A DNA stretch of 63,573 bases, the filler included, from Reticulomyxa filosa (lineage: Eukaryota > Protista > Foraminifera), in assembly GCA_000512085.1 (NCBI GenBank). It is 20 parts of 20 records of this genome, joined end to end, with 100 filler letters (N's around TTAATTAATTAA, not from the genome) between each part and the next. Parts side by side here need not be neighbours in the genome. Positions count along the whole stretch, not along the records: positions 50,774 to 55,202 come from ASPP01015118.1; positions 55,303 to 57,267 come from ASPP01000600.1; positions 57,368 to 62,036 come from ASPP01038372.1; positions 62,137 to 63,573 come from ASPP01015312.1; 16 more parts are not named here. The stretch is one strand, 5' to 3'. Each line of letters starts with the position of its first letter. Within the stretch, counting starts at the first letter, position 1. Shown in pieces: positions 50,836 through 63,573 of this stretch. The position numbers and the translations under genes are program-made. Under the pieces are notes generated by a model. It worked only from the letters and a program-made list of their open reading frames with translations. It was not told where the DNA came from and did not search any database.

Positions 50836-53206
50836 ACTTCCCAAGCCAATTTTAATCTATGAATAGCAGCTGAATTCAAAGCTTTAAAAATAACACACAA
50901 AGAATTGAAATTGCGATTAAGAAGGAAGTGTTCTCCAATATCGATGAAACGTGTAATAGCTTGACCACGATTGTTTAAGCTCTTTTCGCGTAAGATTTGG
51001 ATTTGAACAAAAGTGAACAGATGATTGGATTGTTGGATCGCTCGTAAAACGCTGGGATAATTGATGTGACCATCTTCTCGTCTCCACACTTCCATCAATT
51101 CCCTGGACTTCATACTACTGAAAATGCGAAAGTCCATCAAAGTGATTTGATTGGCCAGCTCATCAGGTGACAAGCTATACAAATTCAAGTTTGTTGGAAT
51201 TTCTACGGACCAATAATCATTCTCTTGAGTGTGCAGTTTGCTTCCACGTTCCTTGCAGCGTTTCCATTCTTTTTGCAAACTATCAGCAAGCAATCCGTTC
51301 CAAGGAAACTGTGTCGAATCTATTTGCATTTGTCCGATCCAACTTTCCAGCACTTGGGTCACTTTTTCATCGTTGGCAAAATCCTCTTCCCAATACAGTC
51401 TCATCCAATTGCGCAAGTTTTTCACCACACTCAATTGGATTGATTTCATCGTTTTATTTTTAAAATCGTTTAATTTTTTTTCATCCTCTTTGGTTTCATT
51501 GGAAACCGTTATGTAAAAGTGACGTTTCAATTCTTTGATTAAATTTCTGAATTAATTTCAATTTACAACCCCCCCCCAACCCCCCCCCCCCCCCAAAAAA
51601 AAAAATACGTATACGTTATCAAAAAAAAACATAATCGTATAAATATCGAAAAAAAAAAAAATTTAAAAAACTCAGCAGTTGAGAATTGCTTGTGACACAT
51701 AAGCAAAATTTCCATAAGGTTATCATCTCTTTGTTGTTCGCCTATACCGAGTAAGATGATTTGCCGAAGATTTGTGTTATCACTTTCACTGTCATCGACA
51801 ACGCTTATCCTTCCAACTGATTGTTGCAATGGCTGGACCTCAGAGACCTGCGTGGCACTGTCGATATGTACAAAAGTTTGGAGCCTATTTTCGAAGCTAT
51901 CCAAAACTCGAATGGCTGCGAGAACGACCTCTTGATCGGGCTTTTCTTTGCAAACCAGTTTCTGTTCCGTGACGTCCAAGTCAAAGCCCAAGAGCTGCAA
52001 AAAGTCGATGACACCCTCGTGTTTGAGCAGACGTCTTTGCACTTTGGGATTGGTTGTGTGTAATGTACGGTACTTTTCGTCATCTTTCAACAGCTTTTTT
52101 GCGATACTTTGCAACGTGCTGCATACCTGTCCGGGATTTTCATTGTGGACGCTGATGTTGGTCACAGCCCGTTTGAATGCATCTTCGTTGGCCTTTTTTT
52201 TCTTCAGTTCCTTGGTATCATTGTCATCGATATCACCACTGTCGTCTTTGTTTTGGGACAGCTGCATCGTCGTGTCACAACTACTCGACGCCCAAGGCGT
52301 ATTGCATGCGGCACAATGCGATGCTGCAGGGTCATTCATCAGCGTGCATATCGGACATTTCCATAAGAACTGCTTGTGGACAGAGGGAGTGCATCTCTTT
52401 CTTACAAACAACAACGAACGAACAACAACAACTTAACTAAATATGACATGGATGACCGTGGAGAGGGAGAAGTTAGCAATTGTGTAGTGAACGACTCCGA
52501 TGGAAGTACATTGGCGCACTTTTCTTCATATTCTTTATCATTGCCCTTTTCGTCGCTCTTGTTTTTGTCACTATTGGATAGCGTCGACTCTTCGAGGGTG
52601 ACTTGGGGACTCATTTGCTCAAAATATTTGTAAAAGGTTTCACTTGCTTCGTTAGTGCGAAATCGCAAGGCTAATATTTCTTCACGAGGAGGATCATTGG
52701 CCATATTCTTTTTTTTTTTGTGTGTGTAGATGTAAGTGATTTTTTTTTTCTTGTTTTACGTATACAATCAAATAAATAAAAACTTTTTTAAAATATGCTT
52801 TTCCATCCCTTTTTTTTTTTTTAAAAAAAAAAAAAAATCAAGTCCTTTTGCGTGCAAAAAAAAAAAAAAAAGAGTCCTATTGAACAAAAAGAGATTGTTT
52901 GCTGTTGTAATGTAAGTGACAATAAAATTAATTAAGACATACATATGCTCTCAACACCCATGCTCTTTCTCCTTTTGGCTTTGGTTTGCAGTGAGCTAAT
53001 CGATATGCTAGAGATTGACCACTCTTCCACCAGTGTATCAACAAATTGTCAGGGGATGTCGTGTAGTGATACAACATTAACTGACCATTTTCACCTTCTT
53101 CTTTCCATTGATTGTCCTGCAGAACACATACTGAAGCTTGAGTGTTCGCCACTTGCACTAGTAGAGTCCTTTGTTTTGTGTTGTAAGTGTCAACCGACGA
53201 AGAAGA
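50836..53206 (-). CDS. Multidomain RasGEF: RanBP1-like (PH-fold) domain, RanBP2/NZF zinc finger, PUB domain, REM, CDC25; partial at both ends
   Basis: QWKEEGENGQL...GERAWVLRAY|NMANDPPREEILALRFRTNEASETF; WKCPICTLMNDPAASHCAACNTP; EKYRTLHTTNPKV...GVIDFLQLLGF; LRNWMRLYWEEDF; ELANQITLMDFRIF...NFNSLCVIFKALNSAAIHRLKLAW. Confidence 0.8.
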
Positions 53207-56063
53207 CTAAAATTACAACAAAAATTAATGGACTTAAAACGAAACATTTTTTCGAAAATGCTCAAACTTGTTGGCCTTTTTCACAACTACAAAGAAATCT
53301 TGAAAGGACTTGTGAGTTTTCTACAAAGTCAAAGCTTTTCCTTGTGCTTTAAACAGTCAGACACTAATATTAGCAAGTACGAGCTTTTGACTTTGCAGAG
53401 ACTCACAAGCACTTTCCATCAGGATCTACAACACAATTGACATTTTATACATCAGCTATTGTCATACGTACAGCCAATTAAATATCGATATCACAAATAC
53501 TAAGCTGCAATTGAATTCTCTTACATATCTCAAATAATTATTTTATTGTATAAAACGACAGATATTCTGTGAAAATGTAAGTACTCACTAAAGACAATGC
53601 AATTTTCTTTTTGACAAAAAATTATACAAAATATATGGAGATTAATTGTTATTTTGCTTGTATAATCGAAGTTCGTCTAATCAAGTTGCGTTTTTGTACA
53701 AAACTTCGACTTTTTTTTTATATTCAAAAATGAGGAAAAAAGAAATTTGCAATCTTTATTGCAAACATCAAAATCATCAGACTGAATAGAGGATAGATAG
53801 CGCTAGTTTACTGCTTTTTTGTTGTCAATTATTTTACCACTACTGCTTTTGGCTCCGCCTTCCGTTTGCCTGTATGTTCAGCACAAAAAACAGCAAAACA
53901 ATAAGTGATGCACCAAGAAAAATGAAATGCAATAGAATATCCTTTTCAAAATGTATTTCATATTCGGGAAAGATTTTTGCTAGTCCTCCATTTCAAGTTT
54001 TGCCTTTTTTTTAAATTGGCATCATCTGAAATGGAATTGAATTTATTTGTAAATATTTCTACGTTACAGTATAACAAATTTTTATACAAAAAAAGCTATA
54101 ATCTTTAAAGAATAAGAAAAGGTTGGTTTGGGTGAATGAAAACAAAATAGAGTTATTTCATTCAGTTTGCAACTAAACAAATGAAATATAAGAATTTAAT
54201 TTTGCATAAGAATCTTGGATAGAAAAAAAGGACAATATCTATGTAAATGATGCATATGTTAAATAGAATATTATATGGTGCTGATTTTATTTTAAAAAGG
54301 TAACACTGTAACGATTGTTCTTCGTCATCGGTCAATGTCGAGCAACATTCAAGAATGTAAATGGTTTTATTGAATTTTATTTAAAGAGAAAGATATTGGA
54401 CATTGATGTTCATTTTTTAACTTTTCAATTTAAATTAATTATAATATTTATAAATAATTACAATTAAATTTATTCTTAAAAAAGAAAAGAAATTTCAGAA
54501 TACAAATAACAGATAGATCAGGAACCACGAAGAATAGCCAAGTTCATGACATACTATTTTAAACAAACAAATTTTACAAGTGTGATCATGTCATCAAATA
54601 AAAAACAAACAAAACTTGGAACAATCGAATATCAATCGCAGGACGGCCGTTATTATAGAAATATCATATTTGACCACATTCATGAAAATTGCAAGCCATA
54701 ACATGATGGTACTTGCACATCCCCGAATACAATCAACTGTAGACCAATGAGAGGGCGGAATAAAGGGGATGTAATAAAGCACAAAGCAGATCAATATCTA
54801 TTAACCGAACCATATGGCAGGCAATAGATAAGCTGCTTTGGCTGGAGTTGTTCTATTATTGTCCACACACGTGGACTGTTTCACCGCAGGACTGGTGATG
54901 TTAACAACTCCAAACGACGCGAATATCGCATCGTAGCTTCTGGTCTACAGGAGTGCGCACATAAATATTACAAAAAAAGAGTAGCCATTGCTGGTATTCC
55001 ACATGAATTACATAATCACCACCATAGATTGCGCCAATGGATCAATCCAAAAAAAAAAAAAAAAAAAAGCAAAAAGTTAAAAAAAAGAGATAAAAAATAC
55101 ATGAACAAACAAAAAGTGCAAAAGGCAGTTTTCAAAAAAAAAAAAATTGAAAGGACGTGTTAAAAAAAAGCAATAAGTGAAAAAAGCGACGAAAAAAAAA
55201 TGNNNNNNNNNNNNNNNNNNNNNNNNNNNNNNNNNNNNNNNNNNNNTTAATTAATTAANNNNNNNNNNNNNNNNNNNNNNNNNNNNNNNNNNNNNNNNNN
55301 NNTGTCTGCATCTTTATTTTGAATAGCGTTCAAAAGTATTGTTATGAAGCCACTGAATAGCCTTTTTGCAAGATCAAAATACGGGCTAGTAAAAGCAGAA
55401 ACTCTTTTATGAGCATGTGTTTCTAGGCCTGAGTATAGCATCTATCGATTACGTCTGCAAAGTGAATATATACAACCCCGCAACAACCTCACTAAAAAAT
55501 GAGGGTGCTGTCTATACCATTATTTGGCCGGCAAGCCTTGCTAAACGGCTTTCTTGTTTGCACGTATTCTCTAAAAGATTCTTTCTTTTAAAAGCGCGTG
55601 CCTCAAAGTTAGATGGAGACCCCCTACCCAACTAAACTGCAACAAATAAGTTACCAAAAAGGAAATAGCAAAATGGTTGAAGACAATCAATTGTGCAATA
55701 TTCAATTACAATAATTTATTTTTTAAAAAAAATTTCTTTGTTCTTGATTTTCTTGACTTTCTTGAAGTTTCTTGACGATAAAAATCTCTAATCTCTATTT
55801 TCGAAATCTTTTCCAAAAACATTTAGATGACAAAGTATCTTGATACTTTAAACGTTATCTCCTTCAAAATATAACTTTTTTAACAAAAGTTAATATGATG
55901 GGTTAAAATGAATTTTTTTTTTAAAGGCCCAGAATCAACAAAATGGCCCATAAAGGCCGGAAATAAAAAAAAATAAAATGCTTCAACAATTTTTATGTTT
56001 GTTTATAGTTTTGTTTAATTTTATAAGGTGATAACCGAGAGTGTTGAATTTTTAAAAATAAAA

Positions 56064-57267
56064 ATAAAAAAAAATTAATTTAAACATCATTCATCATCGA
56101 GATAAACCTTTGAAAAAAAAAGAAATTTTTTTTAATTAGTAAAATTTTTATCGTGACAAAAAATTTTTTTATTAGTCAGATATCTGATATTGAGATTTTG
56201 AGCGAGATCAGATATACACAAGATAACAACACACAAAATGAACAGTCGATTAACAATAAAGAATGGAGAACAAAATTGAGCCAATATTCTATTAAATAAG
56301 TCGAAATGGCAATATAAACATTCACATGCTTTTCTTTAATAATAAGTGTTTCAATTTTATTTTTTGTTTTAGTTAATCTTCGTCGTAATTCAAAATGATG
56401 GAATAAAATTGACTGTGTCAGTTTATGACAGTTGGACCAGATTCGCATCCAATCACAATGTCCCACCGATCTTCAATGAGATAAAATTTTGTTATCGTTG
56501 GACTTTGATCCTGGAATTGGAAATAGAATAGACATTGGATTGATATTCAAAGATTTCCTCTTATTTTGATGCAAAATTTTTTAATTTTTTTAGCTGGAAG
56601 CATGTAATTGTTGAATTGACAAAAAGGCAAAATTGTAAAACAAGCGTCTCACTCAAACTTGAACACAATACATAGACTTTAATGAAAACAAATAAAAAGG
56701 AAAAGATTAATAAAATATATCAAAAACTCACACAAGTGAAAAAAAAATTTTAAATTTTAATTTAATCTTTAAAATATCAAAAAAACAAATAAACTCAAAG
56801 GTTGTACGGCGAGATCAATCAACGGTTGCGAAAACAAATTTGGCTCTTCCATGTGGAATGGTCAGGGAGAATTACAGGAGCAATACTAATGCTCAACTGA
56901 ATCCTTTTCTCAGGGAAATATTGAGATTCAATTCATTTCTTTTAACAAATTAAACAAACTAAAACAAAAAATAAAATTGAAACACTTATTATTAAAGAAA
57001 AGCATGTGAATGTTTATATTGCCATTTCGACTTATTTAATAGAATATTGGCTCAATTTTGTTCTCCATTCTTTATTGTTAATCGACTGTTCATTTTGTGT
57101 GTTGTTATCTTGTGTATATCTGATCTCGCTCAAAATCTCAATATCAGATATCTGACTAATAAAAAAATTTTTTGTCACGATAAAAATTTTACTAATTAAA
57201 AAAAATTTCTTTTTTTTTCAAAGGTTTATCTCGATGATGAATGATGTTTAAATTAATTTTTTTTTAT
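56064..57267. repeat. 311-bp near-perfect inverted repeat (arms 56064-56374 and 56957-57267), 582-bp spacer
   Basis: The arms read as reverse complements. The right arm is cut by the contig end. Confidence 0.95.
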
Positions 57268-60200
57268 NNNNNNNNNNNNNNNNNNNNNNNNNNNNNNNNN
57301 NNNNNNNNNNNTTAATTAATTAANNNNNNNNNNNNNNNNNNNNNNNNNNNNNNNNNNNNNNNNNNNNTACATTCAAATAAAGCTGCATTTCCTTTGCGTT
57401 TGGTTGGTCCTTGTCATTTTGAATCGATTGTATGTGTTATATTGATTTGCAAACTCGCACAAACAATCTACTTTTGAGCTGTTGCTGCGATAGACCAAAA
57501 AGCACCAAAAATTGAACAACGATACAATTTTGATACAGTCTGCCAACGGATTAGACTTGTGTTATCTTTGTCATTAATTCTGGCTTGTGATACGAGCTAC
57601 ACTTTAATATTGGCAATGTAATCGTGAATTGCTTCTTGGATACCAATTGATCAATTTGCTGAGCCGACACATTGCCGAATATGGTCCCGATTCAATTGTT
57701 TGCTAGTCCATGTGAATAAGTTGATTGGCAGTGTTCAATCTTTAACTGTCTGCAGCAATACGATTTGGAGAAGAAGCAATTTGGGCAGCGCTATTATTGA
57801 AGGAGCTCAAATGGCTCATATAAAGTGCCAATACTATCTGCATTTTATTTTTATAATGTTATAAGTATATTTTTACATTTGATTTTTGTTAACAAACACA
57901 TACAAAGAAAAAAAATTTGCTTAACTATACCGCGCGCAGGATATCACCAATATTAAAATTAAAAAAAAATTTCAAACACAATTTTTCTTTTTCATTATTT
58001 TTTCATTATCAAAACATTATCAAAATGTTTATTTGTTTTCTTTTTCTTTTTTTTTTTTTCTCTTTTTCCTTTTTTCCTTTTTATTATCTCCTTTTTTTTC
58101 TTTTTTCTTTTTCAATGTCCCTTTTTTTTTTTATTATTCCATTTTTCTTATAATACTTTTTTTTTTCTTCCCCTTTTTTTTTATTATTTCATTTTCTTTT
58201 TTTTTTCTTTCCCCATTATTCATCTACCCCCTACTTTTTCTCCAACCCATTTTAAAAATCATTTTGCGCCGGACCTATGTGCACACATACAAACAAAGTT
58301 ATATTTTATATAGACAAAAAAATATATATTTATAACTATTAGAAGTGGAATACCATCTCCAATCGATTTTTTTTCCTATGAAACACTTACAAACCTTTTT
58401 TGTTTTAGGGAGGGGGACAAATAAGTAGACAGATACGTATATGTACATATATGTTTTTTCTTGAAGGGGGAACCTATTGATCACAAATACAAACACATTA
58501 TATATCAAAATTATACACATTACATAAACAGATATAAACATCACATACAGTTATTCCTCTTTGAGGATACGGGGGTAGTTTCAACCCCTTATTCTTTTTT
58601 TTCTTTTGTGTGGAGGGAGGTGAAAAATATTGTAACGATCATCGGTGGACGGAGGAACCTATGTTAAAACAACACACAACAATTTAAACATATTTTAAAA
58701 AATATATATGCAAAACAAACCTTCATTTCTCCTTTCGGAGACGGGGTGGTTTCTACCCCGTATTCTTTTTTCTTTGTTTCATGTTGTTGGGTCCTATTGT
58801 ACATAACACACATAATATAGGTACAAGTCGCATAAATAAAACACAAAAGATATTACATTCTCTTGGTGCTTTGCAAGTGTATATCGCTTGCATTGCCACA
58901 ACCGCAAGTGGACGTAATAGCCATTCATTGTACGCGGTTTTCCATTTATTCAATCACTTGTACAATCACCGAGCTCCTCATTCATTCAACCTATTCAAGC
59001 AACATACAATCAAATAATTTATATTATTATCACAAAAAAAAAAAATAAAAAAAAATACAAAATTACTTGACAAGACCATATCGGTCACATCTTGATGTGG
59101 ATGCTGCGATGAATAAGTTTGGATGTCAGCAAAATTCCAAATCATTGTCGAATTTCACTAATGATTTGCACAGTGCACATGAATATTGAATTAGGAGCTG
59201 GATCATGTGTTAATTGAAGTGATATTGCAATGCGAAAGCGTTGTGTCCATGGTATTGATGGCATAAGTGCACTTGTAGACCTTGCCTTGGAGAAGTAGCT
59301 CTGATGTACAAAAAAGGATGGCTATCACCACTGACTCACAATTCGATTGCTCGTCAGTTGTGTTTCACACATCCTAATTTGCGCAAACAGCGCTTCTATC
59401 ACCATTAAGGCCGGTGCTAAGTCTTGTAATGACGACTGACTTTTTTGTCGCCAGCAATAGCAATTGGCCTGTCCATTTGTCAAGTCGTCATCGTCCGTCC
59501 ATTTCCAATTTGAACTGCGCCATATCGTAAGATCTATACATTTATTTTTTGTTTATTTGTATTTAAGAAAAAAAAAATGTAGTAAAAAAAAAAAAGAACA
59601 TAACATTGCAATATCGAATAATATTTGCAAAATGTTATTGCAAATGATTTGCGCATTGGCGAATGAAAAATAGACTATCGATATGCACACCACTGTCGAA
59701 TGAACACATTGGCACGAACTGAATTTTGCACCAACGATATATACAGTCGCAGCAATTCCAATTTATCGTGTCCAATCAAAACGAGTTGGGATTCTGAATT
59801 TTTGTCAAGTTCAACATCCACGCCCGAGCTATTGTCTTCAGCACGCGCAACTTTGTTCTGCACCGACAAGATTGTGATGTACTCGCTAGCCTCTAAGTCA
59901 CTATGTTTTTGTTTTTTTAAAAAAATTCATCTTAAATCAAATCAACCATATATACAATCTCTCATTCCCATTATTATTATTGATATACGTAAACCTCTTT
60001 TTTTTTCATGAACATTTTTTTTTCCATTAAATTTTTCAATCACTGTTATTTACCTGTATTTTAATTTGAAGATTAATGCATATGATGTTGGTGACATGCT
60101 CAGTGTAGATGTGAAAATATTCATTGTCAACGTTTTTATATATACATTTTCATTGGATTGCATTGGATCGATCATTAATGTGCTTTTGAAAATGCGTATA

Positions 60201-61084
60201 CGTGAGTTTTTGAATTGCACCAAAGACAATCTTCTTACGTTATTACAGAATTGTGGACATTGTATATACTTCCACATTTTCGATTTCCATGTTTGGCTGA
60301 GAGAGTAGCTGACAAACGTATTCAATGATATTGTCGTTGTGCCCATGTAATCGTGATTATTCAAATATATTTGCACGTTTTCGTTTGAACTGTCTTTGGT
60401 CACATATTTTGCACTTAGCACAACCGAAACTACAATTAAGACTTTCAGTGCGATCAATACATTTTCATACACCAGCGACGAGTCCATGTTGCGTTGAGAG
60501 AGCCAAATTTTCACTCAATCGTTTCTCCTCCGTTTGCCCCCTCTCTTATCAGGCACTCTGAAATGAAATACGTCAAATGATAAAAATTTTTTTGAAAATG
60601 ATTTCAGAATCAAAAGTAGCAATCAATTTTCTTTTTTTTTCTTGAAAAAGTTATGTTTTTTGTGAATATATTTGCACAAATTTAAAATAAAAACGTGGTC
60701 AGTAATAATCCTTCTCCTCCAAGGAAAAATCACAAACAAAATTGTGCTAATTTGCTTAACTGAATATTTTTGCTAATAAACTGCCTCATCGGCTTATCAT
60801 CTTAATTTTTAAGCTACAAACAACAAAAAGCAAGAGGCAGTTAAGGTTAGTGAGAATAAATGTCGCAATAATTTAAAAAAAAATTGTCATATCAAAAAAA
60901 AAGTCCAAACAACAAAAAGCAAAAAGAAACCAAATATCACATTTTGATTTGCCTTTTTTTTTGCTTTCCAAGACAAATCAGATGTCAGTCGTGCTTTTCG
61001 CAGCAAAATCTTTTTTTGCTATATTTTTTTAAATACATACCAATAAAAAAATCTGACATATTTATAGATTACTTGTTCAAAAAA

Positions 61085-61345
61085 AAAAAATCTCAACTGG
61101 GCAATCAGTCCTATCAACTTATTGTTGTCGTTAAGTTTATGTGCGTCGTTGCATCCCTCCGATGGAAGACCTGTCAATGAACACTTGTGGAACAGTTCAT
61201 TGCACTTCAGATACTCGGATAAGAACAAGTCTTTGTTCAATTCAAAATCGAAGGTCTGCCATAAGCTTTTCACACGATAGCAGTATTGGTAATGCACTTT
61301 TGTAAACATTACAACGGGGTGCTGATACAACCACTTCGTCGATCA
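61085..61345 (-). pseudogene. Glutaredoxin pseudogene
   Basis: HPVVMFTKVHYQYCYRVKSL (CPYC-like site degraded), *TVPQVFIDRSSIGG, then a frame change to GCNDAHKL...KL. Confidence 0.8.
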
Positions 61346-61708
61346 ATTTTTTTCGTTGAGTTCACTCTTTGCCTCGCGAACAAAAACGACGATCATAACC
61401 AGTTCCAATTTATGGCATTATGCTTTTTATGTGCATAAAGAAACATGATCAACTACTAACCATCTCTTTTCTTCAGCAAACCAAGAAATTTCAAATGGAA
61501 CTTTTAATCATTTTTTTTTCAAAGCTAGAGTTTTTTAACAAAAATTACAATGTTTTTAATACTTTATTAAAAAGTGTAAGTTTTCATAATTAAAAAATAA
61601 TTCAATTTTTTTTACATTTTTGCCCAAAACCTGTGTTCCTATCCTTTTTTGTGATTATAAAGAATTTTTTTCAGGAGGAAACTAGAATGTGTGAAAAAAA
61701 AGGGAAGA

Positions 61709-62005
61709 ATGGCAATAGCAAAACCATTGACTCTGAATTTTGTATGGATACAAGATAAAATGAACAGCTTTGTGAAGATAGATTTAGCAGAGCTGGCTAA
61801 CAAAGACTTGAAAGTACAAGTAACGCGAGAAGGTCTAAGTTTCGGTGCCGTTTCATGAGGCAAACAGTATCAATTAGAAATCAACTTTCGGTTTCCAGTG
61901 AATCTAAAGATAGTCCACTATTCAATCAAAAGGATTGTATCCTTTTTGATCAAAAAAGAAACCTTGAATGCACGGTGGCACCATTGATTGGCCAAAGAAA
62001 CATAA
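61709..62005 (+). pseudogene. p23/CS-domain co-chaperone pseudogene
   Basis: MAIAKPLTLNFVWIQDK..FVKIDL...LKVQVTREGLSFGAVS*GKQYQLEINF...RIVSFLIKKE...W, with in-frame TGA at 61856 and 61985. Confidence 0.6.
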
Positions 62006-62196
62006 AGTTCTTTTTTTTTTTTGGTATTTTACATACNNNNNNNNNNNNNNNNNNNNNNNNNNNNNNNNNNNNNNNNNNNNTTAATTAATTAANNNNNNNN
62101 NNNNNNNNNNNNNNNNNNNNNNNNNNNNNNNNNNNNGTTTATTATTATTACAATTGCAATGTACACATACACTTTTAAAAAAAAAAAAAATCAAAG

Positions 62197-63384
62197 GAAA
62201 ATGTAGTTCGTAGCAACGAAAGCTGCATTTATAACAGCTTTCACGTCAACGATCGCGGCGACAATGCATTGATATACTTGCTGAAACAACTGCCCGAATC
62301 GGAAAACAAAACAGACAACTTAAACATTGACGCAGCTCCGCTGCTGCAGATGCTGTTCGGCAAGGAACACTTGAGTGTGAACAGCTGCAACGTGCACTTT
62401 GAGTCGCCTTTGCACGTAGCCATTCGCAACTTGGATGTGTTCAATGTCAAACAACTGCTGAGCAACGGCGCTCTGATATCGATTCTCTCTCATTACAACA
62501 AATTCCCATTGGACGAATTGGAATACCACCTGAATGCCTTGGAGGCTTGTCGTGTCAATCGAAAGGATGAGTGGGAAAAGCCAGAGACGCAGCTGGGGTT
62601 TTGGCGTTGCTTTCAAATTTTGGGCATGTGCATTCATCATGTCCTTCAACCGGAAAGATGGGCTGTGTATAGTCTGCTCATGGATGAGTTGGGGATTATC
62701 AGTGTCGTCAACATCATCATGGACCATTTGGAATTGACACGAAACCGCTTTCAGCCTTTTAAGGATTTGTTCGTCGATAATTACATTAATATACAATTGG
62801 CTGGCACTTTTGACCCTGAGACATACAGTCGTAACCGAAGGTAAGTAAAAGAGGAGAGAGGTCTTTTAAGTAAAAACTTTTTGAATAGGTAAATAAATAA
62901 ATAACTAAATATATATATATATATATATATATATTATTATTTATTTATTTATTTATTTGTTTGCTTGTTTGCTGATTCATGTCATCACAGTGATCGCTCC
63001 AAAAATCGATGGGTTCTGCAAAAAGACAATCCATCACCACAAACGGCCAAATACTTTGATCTACTTGATGAATGGCAGGAAACAAAAGATGACAAACGTC
63101 GTGACGACGACAGCTTTTATCCACGCTTTTTGAGCCGCAAGGAGGTGCGTGAGATTTGGGGCTTTGACGAAAAAAACTTGAACACTTCTTCCCACAACAA
63201 CTCATCCCCATCAAACGCAACACCATCAAAAGCGCTTGGAACGAACTCGTCGCTCATCGAGAACTCCCCTTTGTCAAAAACGACGAACAAAAACTACAAC
63301 TGGTCAACAATCTACTCGCTGACACGAGACCTATTGTCATCTACCATTTCCGAAAGCATATTCAAGGATACGTGCGCATTTTGA
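62197..63384 (+). CDS. Ankyrin-repeat protein fragment, multi-exon
   Basis: VNDRGDNALIYL and VNSCNVHFESPLHVAIRN...VKQLLSNGA. Donor at 62841 (AG|GTAAGT), next exon from about 62991. Confidence 0.65.
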
Positions 63385-63573
63385 ATATGACTGACAATGA
63401 TATCAATGGCCTATTAAACTGCTTGCGTGTGCGTGGCTGTCGATGTGACAACGGCAGTCGCCAAAGTCACGACTGTACATCCAATGGAGGTCGTCCACCT
63501 TCGTGGTAAACAATTCATTGCAAAGGCAAATATAAGGGGGAAGGGATCAACAGAACAAGGGAAGGGAGGGGGG

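Noticed and set aside
61709-62005. In-frame TGA codons suggesting selenocysteine or a variant genetic code
   Set aside because: They are not at Cys or Trp positions, the neighbouring genes are also decayed, and Rab5 ends with a normal TGA.
4293-62136. Regularly recurring TTAATTAATTAA flanked by N runs, resembling a repeat or CRISPR array
   Set aside because: It is an identical synthetic spacer joining contigs. ORFs ending in X...LIN are artefacts.

Overview
This is not one continuous locus. It is 20 short, AT-rich, intron-containing eukaryotic contigs joined by an artificial 100-bp spacer (N44-TTAATTAATTAA-N44), so gene order across spacers is meaningless. The WD40 repeat signature, RNF213-like and TPR family expansions, abundant pseudogenes, A/T-run introns and 454 paired-end adaptor remnants suggest a foraminiferan draft assembly such as Reticulomyxa filosa (inference from recognition, not a search). 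Recognisable genes or fragments: P1B Cu-ATPase, OMA1/M48 peptidase, HPS5/TECPR2-like propeller, two RNF213-like fragments, LDLa-repeat protein, RPSA/uS2 with a long basic N-terminal extension, MOB1, YfcD-like Nudix hydrolase, secreted 2OG-Fe(II) oxygenase, Rab5, EF-hand protein, ankyrin protein, and a RanBD-ZnF-PUB-RasGEF multidomain gene. Pseudogenes: SERCA, WD40, three tandem TPR copies, internally deleted HSP70, glutaredoxin and p23. The most notable items are the RasGEF domain architecture, the H1-like RPSA extension, a 311-bp inverted repeat, and purine-rich 3' splice sites. Exon boundaries were read by eye and are approximate.
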